The notes under the pieces are model-generated. The model searched no databases. It was not told the DNA's origin and saw only the letters and a list, made by a program, of their open reading frames with translations. Position numbers and translations under genes: made by a program. A stretch of DNA of 32,864 nt from a virus. Taxonomy: Duplodnaviria > Caudoviricetes. Shown piece by piece: positions 24,472-32,864 of this stretch. The stretch is taken from IMG/VR virus record IMGVR_UViG_3300035041_000096, positions 1 to 32,864 of that record. One strand, written 5' to 3'. The first letter of the stretch is position 1. Each line of letters begins with the position of its first letter.

Positions 24472-25857
24472 CTATGCCCGTTTTTGGCCGGCAGGAGTGC
24501 TCTTCTTGCCCCCGTCCTGATAGACTTTGAGCACCTCATCTGATGAGAGGGGACGCTCTTCTATATTGGCAGCATCCTCTTTTCTCTTCTGCTCCACCTC
24601 CGCATCAGGGTTCTCAATAAAGGGGAGCTGCTCGAGCAGGGATCGCTCACTGACCATTCCCCAGAGCTTTGATACCATCTCCGTGATAGCTGTGAGGTTT
24701 TTCGGGATATTGCGTGTGAAGATGATCTTGATATCACTGGGATCCCCAACCTGTTTTCCCTTGGGATAGCTCAATGTAGCGGTGATCAGTTCTATCCGCT
24801 TACGCAACCCTTGAGCGAAGTAGCTCTGCTTCTCCCCTGCAAGCATCTCGAAGAGGGCAAAGAGGTAGGTGAACGCCTCCCCTGACTTCTGACCGAGTGC
24901 ACTGGGATCTGTCATATCGGGAATGAGTGACTGCCGATGGATCTCCTGACGAATGATTTCAAGGAGCTCTTTTCGCCCTGATACTGAGAGGTCTTTGGTG
25001 AGGTACTCGAGCTTATCGTTTTCCTTGAGCCCATCGATCACCCTAAGCTTCTGCAGCTTGCTCAAGGCCTCTTCATCGAGGTATTTCCCGTACAGCAGCA
25101 GAATAGCCTCTGCAAACTTCTCCTCATCATCGAGGAAGGTGGAGATTAGAACGTCATAGGCATCAATGAGTTTCTGGATGTGCTCAAGATCTCCCTGGAT
25201 ATCCTCGTTGTTTCGGTAGATCACCACAGGGACCTGGCCGTAGGGGTGGGCATCGGCTGAACCCAGAGTAAGTGAGGATCCCACCATCTCATAGCGCTCT
25301 ACCCGGTCGGTGTAGTAGATCTCAACGAAGACTTTTTTGCTTTGTCCCTCGTGCTCAGTATAGAATCTGATTCCTGCGATGAGCTTTGGCTTGATGTCGT
25401 AGTTGTAGACGGGAATAAACTCATACACCGGCACCTTGGCAAACTGATCTTCTCCCTCCTCGTTATCGACATAGTGGAGCTCATAAGCCTCCCCGAAGAT
25501 CGTCTGGTCTTTTCCCAGCTCAGTGTTGAGCTCGGCCTCCCGATTTGCTTTGAACACATCCTCTATCAGGGAGTAGTAGGTAGTCTCTCCGGTATCCTCA
25601 TCGAGCCCATAGGAGATCAGTCCTGATTTGTACATAAACCCCACGACAATGCGCACCAGGAGCCTTCCATAGGGTACGGGGATCCTGTTTCGATGTTCTG
25701 TCACATTTTTTGCCAGGATCGCAGGATTCTTGCCACGGTAGTAGTTATGCAGCGAGAGCAGATCAGGGATCTCTTGCTCTCTCGCTTTGATGAGTTTCAC
25801 GATCTGGTTGTCATTCAGTCTGCCATCTTCTTGTAATACGGCCTTGTAGCGTCTCAT
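24472..25857 (-). CDS. Portal protein, SPP1 gp6-like
   Basis: YYRG, FGEAYEL, HPYGQVPVV.Y.NN, LIDAYD, SGEA and FTRNIP.N motifs. Confidence 0.93.
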   Translation of the reverse strand: MRRYKAVLQEDGRLNDNQIVKLIKAREQEIPDLLSLHNYYRGKNPAILAKNVTEHRNRIPVPYGRLLVRIVVGFMYKSGLISYGLDEDTGETTYYSLIEDVFKANREAELNTELGKDQTIFGEAYELHYVDNEEGEDQFAKVPVYEFIPVYNYDIKPKLIAGIRFYTEHEGQSKKVFVEIYYTDRVERYEMVGSSLTLGSADAHPYGQVPVVIYRNNEDIQGDLEHIQKLIDAYDVLISTFLDDEEKFAEAILLLYGKYLDEEALSKLQKLRVIDGLKENDKLEYLTKDLSVSGRKELLEIIRQEIHRQSLIPDMTDPSALGQKSGEAFTYLFALFEMLAGEKQSYFAQGLRKRIELITATLSYPKGKQVGDPSDIKIIFTRNIPKNLTAITEMVSKLWGMVSERSLLEQLPFIENPDAEVEQKRKEDAANIEERPLSSDEVLKVYQDGGKKSTPAGQKRA

Positions 25858-27248
25858 ATGCGTAAACTCCTAAAGTGTGCTCTCTCGATATCGGGAACAT
25901 GGATCGGTGTAGGCGCACCGTCTGTAAGTAACAAGAATGCCCCAGCTGCAGCATCAGCCTGGTCATCATGTCCTGGCTGTGATCCGTCAGTGACTCCCTC
26001 AAGCTCCCGGAGGAAGGATTCATTCCACTCCCCTCGGGCAAGTTTCACATTGCCGGCCTTCGCCTGGACGGCCAGGGGCTTCCAGTAGCTGAGTTTGTTC
26101 TTCGTCTGGGGGTAATACTGCACATCAAATCCCATAAGATGGTGTACGTAATCTTTGACCTCGTACTTCCCTGCACTACCCGGGTCCTGCCACAGGCCGA
26201 TTGTGGTCATCCGTCCATCCTGGGATGCCATGTTCTTGATCGCTCGCTGAACATCGTAGGGCTCGCCCCTGAAGTGGGAGGCATGCATGATGTAGAATCT
26301 GCCATCTACCCCCTTCCTGAGCTTGATACCTGCGCTCCAGTCAGGATCAGGGTTGAGTTCACTGGGATTGGTTGCAGCACGGTCCCAGAAACGCACCTCA
26401 ACCTGGGCTGGAGGGATCTCTACCGGGTCCAGGATCTCAAAGTACTGCCGCTTGAAGATCTCACCTGCAGTGGGACGAGCAAACCAATTGCCTCCCATGA
26501 GCCGTTTCTGCTCGTAATCGAGCAACGCATTGAGATTCGCCAGGTACCCTGGGTCCTGATCGAGCAAGATCTTGTTATCGAACACCGATGAGGGAATGAA
26601 GGTGAAGCTCTTCGGGTGGCAGCCTGGATACTTTCTTTGTAGATCTTCCTTGGAGTTTGCCCAGATGATCTCCCCTGACTGCCTGATAAACCAACGGATC
26701 ACCCCACTGCGCTCTTTGATCGGGAAGCCTGTGTCTTGATCTACCCACCAGGAGATGAATGGAAGGATCCAGCTGTCAGGATCAGGGTTTGTGCTGGCTC
26801 TCATGTAGGGCTTGATGCCGCAGGTAGAGCGGTTACGCGATAACATGTACCAGAACATCGACTCTGAGAAGTGGGTGAGCTCGTCAAACTCGATTAAGGG
26901 GATCTGAGCCCCCTGGAACTTGTGTTTCTTCTTTTCCTGGTCAAAGTTACGAAAGGAGATCACCGACCCAGTGGGGAACCGGTACTGGTGAATGGGAGTT
27001 GCCACCGGTATTGCATCAAAGTGTGGGTAGAGATCTTGTGAGACCTCCCACAGCCCTCCCTCCATCGTGATCTCATCTGCAAACCGGCGGAATATGACAG
27101 CTGAGAACTTAGGAGTGTGCACATGGCGAAGCGGCTCAAGCAGCAGTCCGTATGACTTCCCTCCTCCTGCAGCCCCACCATAGATACAGATGTCTGCTGG
27201 TGTTGATAAAAAGGCCTCCTGCGGCCCCTCTTGCGGTCGTATGAGCAC
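25854..27248 (-). CDS. terL: Terminase large subunit
   Basis: PQEGPQEAFL, Walker A YGGAAGGGKS, Walker B FDELTHF, STNP, nuclease WDRAA...DWSAG and HDDQADA. Confidence 0.95.
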   Translation of the reverse strand: MLIRPQEGPQEAFLSTPADICIYGGAAGGGKSYGLLLEPLRHVHTPKFSAVIFRRFADEITMEGGLWEVSQDLYPHFDAIPVATPIHQYRFPTGSVISFRNFDQEKKKHKFQGAQIPLIEFDELTHFSESMFWYMLSRNRSTCGIKPYMRASTNPDPDSWILPFISWWVDQDTGFPIKERSGVIRWFIRQSGEIIWANSKEDLQRKYPGCHPKSFTFIPSSVFDNKILLDQDPGYLANLNALLDYEQKRLMGGNWFARPTAGEIFKRQYFEILDPVEIPPAQVEVRFWDRAATNPSELNPDPDWSAGIKLRKGVDGRFYIMHASHFRGEPYDVQRAIKNMASQDGRMTTIGLWQDPGSAGKYEVKDYVHHLMGFDVQYYPQTKNKLSYWKPLAVQAKAGNVKLARGEWNESFLRELEGVTDGSQPGHDDQADAAAGAFLLLTDGAPTPIHVPDIERAHFRSLRI

Positions 27249-27257
27249 TGGTGTTAC

Positions 27258-27566
27258 TTAGGTTGCAAGCTGATGTCGAGTTACAATCTCATGGATCCAG
27301 CGTTTACTGATCCCGTAGCGCTCTTCTAGGATCGTGAGCACCCGCATCTTGGGGATATTGGGCCTGGAGCACAGACTCTGATAGTCATTCCAGATCTTCT
27401 CATGCTCGATTGCCTTGGATATCTTCTGCGGGAAATAGAGATTGATCCCAGCAAAGTTCTTCAGGATCTCCATCATCTTCTCATCGTCATCAATCATCCT
27501 GGCAAGATCCTCTAACTCCTCTGTAAGCTCAACGTGAATATCTGCATCCTCTGTATGCAATACCAT
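27258..27566 (-). CDS. Mor/C-like transcriptional regulator (putative)
   Basis: F.G..LYFP.K motif followed by a C-terminal HTH (LEERYGISKRWIHEIV), like Mor-family activators. Confidence 0.6.
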   Translation of the reverse strand: MVLHTEDADIHVELTEELEDLARMIDDDEKMMEILKNFAGINLYFPQKISKAIEHEKIWNDYQSLCSRPNIPKMRVLTILEERYGISKRWIHEIVTRHQLAT

Positions 27567-27569
27567 CTT

Positions 27570-27932
27570 CTACTCCTCCCTTCTGTTATCTGGTAGATAG
27601 ATCTCTATCTTGTTGCTTCCATCAATGTGTCCTGAGTGGCTGACATCCTGCTTGTCGCTCCATCCAATCTGCTTGAGTGAGAAGATGGCCATACTTGCGT
27701 TTAATTTGCCTGAAAGGGCTCCTTTCTCGAGCACAGACTCCTTTTTGGTGATCAATTTTTTGATAGCGTCATTCAATTCCGGGAATTCATACAGCTGCTG
27801 ACGGTGCATCCCAAGCTCATAGGCGCACTCTGCAAGGACCGGAAGCGGCGTGGTATCAGTGTAGGCGTTGATCTTCTCTTCAATTTCTTTGAGCAGCTTC
27901 TTCGTGTACTTTCTCGGCCGTCCCGCTGGCAT
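27570..27932 (-). CDS. terS: Terminase small subunit
   Basis: MPAGRPRKY N-terminus, HTH and AIFSLKQIGWSDKQ motif; upstream of terL. Confidence 0.8.
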   Translation of the reverse strand: MPAGRPRKYTKKLLKEIEEKINAYTDTTPLPVLAECAYELGMHRQQLYEFPELNDAIKKLITKKESVLEKGALSGKLNASMAIFSLKQIGWSDKQDVSHSGHIDGSNKIEIYLPDNRREE

Positions 27933-29338
27933 TATTCATCCTCCCGGTTAGTAGTATCATCCATGGTCCAGGGCTCTCCGTTTCGTAGCACCACAGGATC
28001 TATCCCATTCTCCTTGCACCACCTGATGTAGCGCTGGACTCCCACATCCACGTACTGCGGATCAATCTCCATGGCATAGGCCTGACGGTGTGATTTCTCG
28101 CAGGCTATGATCGTGGAGGCTGATCCTGAGAAGAGGTCCAGGACCTTGTTCTGCTTAATGGTGGTGTTGTTTCTGATTGCCTTCATGCACAGGTCCACTG
28201 GCTTCTGTGTGGGGTGTACGTAGGTCTGAGCTGAGTCTTTTCGAATCTCCCAGACTGTTGATTCATCTCGGAAGTAAGAAAGCATCTCAATGAGCTCAGC
28301 CTTCTTGAACTTCTCGAAGTCGATCTCAACTTGCCGGAGGATGGTCCGCTGTTTTCTATCGCCAAACCAGCTATTGTTATTGCCCTTCTTCCTGGCATAA
28401 AAGCACGGCTCATGGGACCAGTGATAGTCTGAGTGGCCCATCACCATGCCCTTGTTCCAGATGATCTGCTCTTTGACTTCAAATCCTGCATCGTTCAGTG
28501 CAGTCTCAAAGATCATCTGGGTGCTCGAGGCATGCCACACGTAAACCGCTGGGTTTTCTTTGGAGAAGGCGTACAGCTGCTGGAACGATCCGTAGAGCAA
28601 ATGGTAAAGCGCATCCCCTCGAAGCGTATCGCCCTCAATGATCTCCCATTCTCTCCCGTTGGGGTTGTTTGTGCCCTTGTAGCTCACCCCATAGGGAGGA
28701 TCTGTGAAGATCATGTCAGAAAGCTCCCCGTCCATGAGCTTTGCTACATCCTCGCTGCTGGTTGCATCGCCACACATGAGTCGGTGTTCACCTAGCTGCC
28801 AGATATCCCCTGGTTGGCTGATTGTAGGGACGTCGAGTTCCACCACATCATCATCCTCGGTCTCATCGGGCTCTTCATCGAAGGCAAGTTTGAGCTCATC
28901 ATCAACAAAGCGGAAGGTATCCCGGATCTCTTCATCCAGGTCTTTGAGCCAGGACTGTAGCTCTTCTACATCGAACTCACCATACTGGCTGGTGATGCTC
29001 AGGAGTTTTCTCTTGGCATCCTCGATGCTTTCAGCGTGGATATAATCAACTGGAATAAGGGGAATATCGTAGCCGTCTTTTCGAAGTGAGAGCAGCGCCT
29101 GCAGTCTCTGATGGCCATCGAGGATGAAGTTATCTCCCTCGTGCTCCCATATAAAGATGGGGGCGATAAAGCCATCGGTGAGGATCCGTGTTTTCAGCTT
29201 CTCAAGGCTTGATTTGGTGAGCTTCTTCAAGCCTCCCTGGAACTCGATGATTGCATCGATGGGAAGTGTGTCAGCCCCGGTGCATTTGATCTGGATATCG
29301 GTTGTTTTGGCTCTCTCTAGTACATAAAACTCGCTCAT
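27932..29338 (-). CDS. ParB-like N-terminal domain plus N4/N6 DNA methyltransferase
   Basis: ParB/Srx ILDGHQRL; MTase GDIWQLGEHRLMCGD, TDPPY, HPTQKPV, LDLFSGS and MEIDPQY. Confidence 0.92.
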   Translation of the reverse strand: MSEFYVLERAKTTDIQIKCTGADTLPIDAIIEFQGGLKKLTKSSLEKLKTRILTDGFIAPIFIWEHEGDNFILDGHQRLQALLSLRKDGYDIPLIPVDYIHAESIEDAKRKLLSITSQYGEFDVEELQSWLKDLDEEIRDTFRFVDDELKLAFDEEPDETEDDDVVELDVPTISQPGDIWQLGEHRLMCGDATSSEDVAKLMDGELSDMIFTDPPYGVSYKGTNNPNGREWEIIEGDTLRGDALYHLLYGSFQQLYAFSKENPAVYVWHASSTQMIFETALNDAGFEVKEQIIWNKGMVMGHSDYHWSHEPCFYARKKGNNNSWFGDRKQRTILRQVEIDFEKFKKAELIEMLSYFRDESTVWEIRKDSAQTYVHPTQKPVDLCMKAIRNNTTIKQNKVLDLFSGSASTIIACEKSHRQAYAMEIDPQYVDVGVQRYIRWCKENGIDPVVLRNGEPWTMDDTTNREDE

Positions 29339-29503
29339 AGGGATAGTCTATGAGCGGTGTGTGGTTAGTGGGAAGGGGGTGTAATATCTTTTTTAAATGC
29401 TGCTATGAGATCTCCATGTTTCTACCTGGATAGCAAGAAGTTACCACAAAGTTGTCATTGCTTGTAATTGTAGATTGTTGAGTCATAGATGCTATGTACT
29501 ATG

Positions 29504-32500
29504 CTATTGCTCATCCAGCACTTCACGCACTTTGGCAGCCAACTGTGTCGTAGTAAAAGGCTTCTGAATGAAACAGACTTCGTTATTGAACACTCCTTGG
29601 CGAGTAACTATATCAGCTGTATAGCCGGACATAAACAGGCTTTTTATGCTGGTATCTATGGAGTGTACTTGGTTAGCCAGATCACTGCCATTCATTTCAG
29701 GCATGACCACGTCAGTTATGAGCAAATCGATGGAGTCTTGATGCTCATGGACTAGGTTTTTGGCCTCATCTGGTGTTTTGGCCGTAATCACCGTATAGCC
29801 CAATTGTTCGAGCATTATCGTAGTTATGCGTAGAATACTCGCCTCATCTTCCACCAATAGGATAGTCTCGCCCCTACTGACCGTAGGCTGTGTCGTCGCC
29901 GCATCATTATGCTTCAATGTTTTTTCTTGGTATCGAGGGAGATAAACCTTGAAGGTCGTCCCCTGTCCTAATTCACTGTCTACGTTGATAAAGCCCTTAT
30001 TCTGCTTTACAGCTCCATACACCGAGGCCAGTCCCAAGCCGGTACCCTTACCCTGATCTTTTGTGGTGAAAAACGGTTCAAACAGATGGCTGATGGTAAG
30101 TGAGTCCATACCACATCCGTTGTCGCTGATTGCCAACTCAACGTAATTGCCAGGGACAAATCCTGCATGAACAGCGCAATAGTCCTCATCAAATGAAACA
30201 TTGTGCGTCTCGATGGTAATTACTCCCACATCTTTGATAGCATCACGAGCATTGATACATAGATTAGCTATAATCTGGTCAATCTGCGTTGGGTCTGCTT
30301 GAATTTGTACGTGCTGTTTGTTGGGCAGCCAGGCTAGATAGATGTTTTCTCCTATGAGCCTGCGCAGCATATTTAACATTCCCTCTACGGTCTCGTTGAG
30401 ATCAATAATCCTAGGTTTGATGACCTGTCTACGAGCAAAAGTTAAAAGCTGTCGGGTCAAATTCGCAGACCGCTCGGCAGCCTTTCGGATCTCCTGCAAA
30501 TTGTCATAAAACGGCTCCCCAGGATCTAACTGATCCAAAACCAGATCCGTATGACCGAGAATTACGCTCAACATATTATTAAAATCATGTGCTACCCCAC
30601 CAGCCAGCTGGCCGATAGACTCCATCTTTTGTACCTGCATCAATTGTGATTGGAGTTTTTCTTTTTCTGTTTCGGCTTGTTTCTGATTGGTAATATCTTG
30701 GCTAAAGATTGCAATCTGTTCACCCATTGAAACAACGACAAAACGGAGCCAAGTCGGCTTTTTGAGGATCTCACCAACATATACTTCATCCAAAACCTGG
30801 GATTCTCCAGTATTTGCCACCCGCACATATGTATGAAAAACTGATGACCCGCTATGCTCTGGAAAAAGCTCTAATAGCCGTTTCCCTATTACTTGTTGAG
30901 GGTCTGTTCCGTTTATGCGTGCAATTGCTGTATTTTCGTATATCCAAGTAAAATCAACAATTTCATTTTTTTCATTCCGTACAGGATGCAGAATGGTGAA
31001 TCCGTCAGGAGACGCCTCCTGAGCAATCCGAAATCGTTCTTCACTCTCACGCAACGCCTTTTCCACCTTGACGCGTTCAGTGATATCATGTGATACACCC
31101 TGAATAGCTATTGGCTTCGATTGTTTATCGCGTATAAACTTTGCACTTATTTCATCCCAGCCTATGCTTCCATCAGCGTAATACCGTTCTACTACCAACT
31201 CAATAACTCGATTCTTATTAGATTTGAGATCACTCTCTTTTTCTAGTTGCTCAGTTAATGCTTTCTTGAATTTTTCAAGTGATGCAGGTGGATAAGTTCG
31301 CTCTATGGGGAGTTGAAGATACTCTTCAGGTTTGATCCCAAAAACCCGTTCAACCGATGGGCTAATGTAGGTCGGATTCATATCAAGATCGGCAACCCAC
31401 ACTACATCGGTTACATTATCTGCTATGCGACGATATTTTTCCTCGCTTTTATGTATTGCCTGCTCGGCTTGCTTGCGCTCAGAGATATCCCAGACTGTTG
31501 ATATCATCTCCTTCCTATCCTGCAATGGAATATTGCGAGCACAAATGTAAAACGGACCTTTGCCTTTGCGGGTAATCGGTATATCCTCCCAGTTCATTCG
31601 ATTTGGATCACCGCTGGCTGTATCTTCAAGCACTCGCTTTCTGATTTTTTCTCTAAAGACAGGATCCTCATAGACAACATCCCAGAACGCATCCGGTTCC
31701 GAAAGAGCCTCTTTTGTGGTCTGGTATATCTTTGCAAAGTTCTCATTCATGTAGCTAAACTCTACATCCGGTTTTACTGAGTTTACGGCTATACCTATGG
31801 GAAGGTGATCCATGACCGTCCTGATAAAGGTTTCATCCTCGCGCAGCGCCTCTTCGGTCTGCTTCGTCTCAATCATCGAACCAATGATTCGTGCTGTAGA
31901 ATTGAGGCGTTTTCTGGCCATTTCAATGATAAATGGTGAACGGGACTCGTATGCATTCGCCTCACGAACCAAGCCATCATAATCAAGTTGGTAGGTTTTA
32001 GAAAGCTTTTCCAGTGTTTTAGAATCTGTCGGAGGATCACCATACCCAAAGTTGATAGCACCTACGACATTCCCATGAGCTATAATCGGGATTGCATATA
32101 ATCTAAGTCCCCCCTTACACGCAATTTCCACGGGTGCACGCTTAGCAATTGCTCGCTTTGAACAATTCCAACAGGATTCATGGCACAACCATCTGCCGGA
32201 GGCCAATGCTTGAGCATTATCTTCTGTATCGCAAAACTCTCGGGAGGCAGAGTCCATCATTCGACACCATCCCGAGCTAAATATCCCATACGCATAGTCG
32301 CCGTTAATCTCGTGGATCGCGGAGGAGGTCCCAAGCAGTTCCAGGTATTCGTTGGTAAAACTTTCAAGAAGCTCTGGCCCGATAGATCTCAAGATCAATC
32401 CATCATGATTCAATTCGGTTAAATCACCATAGTCCTGACTACCGCCATAATTTGGTGTGCTTAAGATTTTCGAATCACTTTTTCGTTTGTGCACCATCAA
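29504..32500 (-). CDS. Hybrid sensor histidine kinase/response regulator with PocR and 3 PAS domains
   Basis: PocR-like Cys pattern (GWC...LC...C...ACKGGL..YAIPI), three PAS/PAC repeats, H-box AHDFNN, N-box NARDA, FFTTK, GTGLGL, and a receiver domain (LLVEDE, TDVVMP, KPF). Confidence 0.92.
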   Translation of the reverse strand: MMVHKRKSDSKILSTPNYGGSQDYGDLTELNHDGLILRSIGPELLESFTNEYLELLGTSSAIHEINGDYAYGIFSSGWCRMMDSASREFCDTEDNAQALASGRWLCHESCWNCSKRAIAKRAPVEIACKGGLRLYAIPIIAHGNVVGAINFGYGDPPTDSKTLEKLSKTYQLDYDGLVREANAYESRSPFIIEMARKRLNSTARIIGSMIETKQTEEALREDETFIRTVMDHLPIGIAVNSVKPDVEFSYMNENFAKIYQTTKEALSEPDAFWDVVYEDPVFREKIRKRVLEDTASGDPNRMNWEDIPITRKGKGPFYICARNIPLQDRKEMISTVWDISERKQAEQAIHKSEEKYRRIADNVTDVVWVADLDMNPTYISPSVERVFGIKPEEYLQLPIERTYPPASLEKFKKALTEQLEKESDLKSNKNRVIELVVERYYADGSIGWDEISAKFIRDKQSKPIAIQGVSHDITERVKVEKALRESEERFRIAQEASPDGFTILHPVRNEKNEIVDFTWIYENTAIARINGTDPQQVIGKRLLELFPEHSGSSVFHTYVRVANTGESQVLDEVYVGEILKKPTWLRFVVVSMGEQIAIFSQDITNQKQAETEKEKLQSQLMQVQKMESIGQLAGGVAHDFNNMLSVILGHTDLVLDQLDPGEPFYDNLQEIRKAAERSANLTRQLLTFARRQVIKPRIIDLNETVEGMLNMLRRLIGENIYLAWLPNKQHVQIQADPTQIDQIIANLCINARDAIKDVGVITIETHNVSFDEDYCAVHAGFVPGNYVELAISDNGCGMDSLTISHLFEPFFTTKDQGKGTGLGLASVYGAVKQNKGFINVDSELGQGTTFKVYLPRYQEKTLKHNDAATTQPTVSRGETILLVEDEASILRITTIMLEQLGYTVITAKTPDEAKNLVHEHQDSIDLLITDVVMPEMNGSDLANQVHSIDTSIKSLFMSGYTADIVTRQGVFNNEVCFIQKPFTTTQLAAKVREVLDEQ

Positions 32501-32617
32501 ATACTTTCCTTTTTCGCTCGCTAAAGAGCAATGAAAAAACTACTCATCATCAATCCTCGTGCTGTTAATTGTTATGGACTTAAATATGTATCTTCTCATT
32601 ACATTCCCTAAACAGAT

Positions 32618-32646
32618 ACTTTATAACACTCGTATGGTTTTATCAA
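32618..32646 (-). promoter_or_regulatory. Possible sigma70 promoter for the histidine kinase
   Basis: Minus strand TTGATA (32646-32641), 17 bp spacer, TAAAGT (32623-32618). Confidence 0.3.
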
Positions 32647-32864
32647 ATTTTTTTTTCTTCCTTTCCTTTCTTAATAAACACCACCACCTCCCCACACTGA
32701 GGACATTTAAACTGCTTTCCATTGGTGTTCATCGGGCTTCTACAAACTGGACAGATTCTCCCCGATAGCCAGTAGCCAAAATAATCATCACGTACCCGTC
32801 CATCTGGATTCTCGGCGTAGAAATGCCTGAGATTACTCGTTCCTGCATATATCGCTGTCTCTGG
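32643..32864 (-). CDS. C-terminal part of a zinc-ribbon protein (runs off the right edge)
   Basis: Manual translation gives ...GYWLSGRICPVCRSPMNTNGKQFKCPQCGEVVVFIKKGKEEKKI*, with two CxxC pairs. Confidence 0.65.
   Translation of the reverse strand, partial: PETAIYAGTSNLRHFYAENPDGRVRDDYFGYWLSGRICPVCRSPMNTNGKQFKCPQCGEVVVFIKKGKEEKKI

Larger units (their letters stand above)
5300..32864 (-). mobile_element. Siphovirus-like prophage, late/structural region (continues beyond the right edge; left boundary may extend to about 650)
   Basis: Co-oriented, tightly packed terminase, portal, MuF, scaffold, capsid, head-tail, tail tube, tape measure, tail fibre and holin genes. No sheath gene is seen. Confidence 0.9.

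Noticed and set aside
5553-29327. Numerous 60-200 aa plus-strand and alternate-frame ORFs within the phage genes (e.g. 8581-9042, 10729-11337, 18554-19114, 26139-26591)
   Set aside because: They are shadows of well-supported minus-strand phage genes, without SDs or motifs.
27932-29338. ParB-MTase fusion as a novel system or restriction-modification module
   Set aside because: This fusion next to terS is common in temperate phages, and no cognate restriction nuclease is present.
32559-32768. 69-aa plus-strand ORF
   Set aside because: Low-complexity and antisense to a more convincing zinc-ribbon ORF on the minus strand.

Overview
Most of the window (about 5.3 kb to the right edge) is the minus-strand late region of a siphovirus-like temperate prophage. 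In transcription order it encodes a ParB-MTase, terS, a Mor-like protein, terL, an SPP1-type portal, a MuF-toxin, scaffold, major capsid, head-tail joining proteins, tail tube, frameshifted tail chaperones, tape measure, tail tip/fibre proteins and a holin. No endolysin is recognisable. The host is probably a spirochaete; this is inferred only from lipoprotein and DUF1566-type modules. AT-rich cargo sits at three places: (1) a left-end block with a membrane TPR protein, an FRG-domain protein and a PBECR4-like nuclease; (2) an antisense OMP/lipoprotein moron inside the head operon; (3) a PocR/PAS hybrid histidine kinase upstream of the late operon. The far left holds the 5' part of an IS1634-family element and a probable att junction (tRNA-Leu-like 3' fragment, terminator and direct repeats). 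The two best novelty candidates are (a) a promoter, ~170-nt pseudoknot-capable RNA and terminator in front of the PBECR4 nuclease, resembling a single-unit type III-like RNA-antitoxin/toxin system, and (b) a MuF head protein carrying two tandem enzymatic domains, a HipA/PI3K-like kinase and an R-S-E ADP-ribosyltransferase. All domain calls come from motif recognition by eye; no searches were run.
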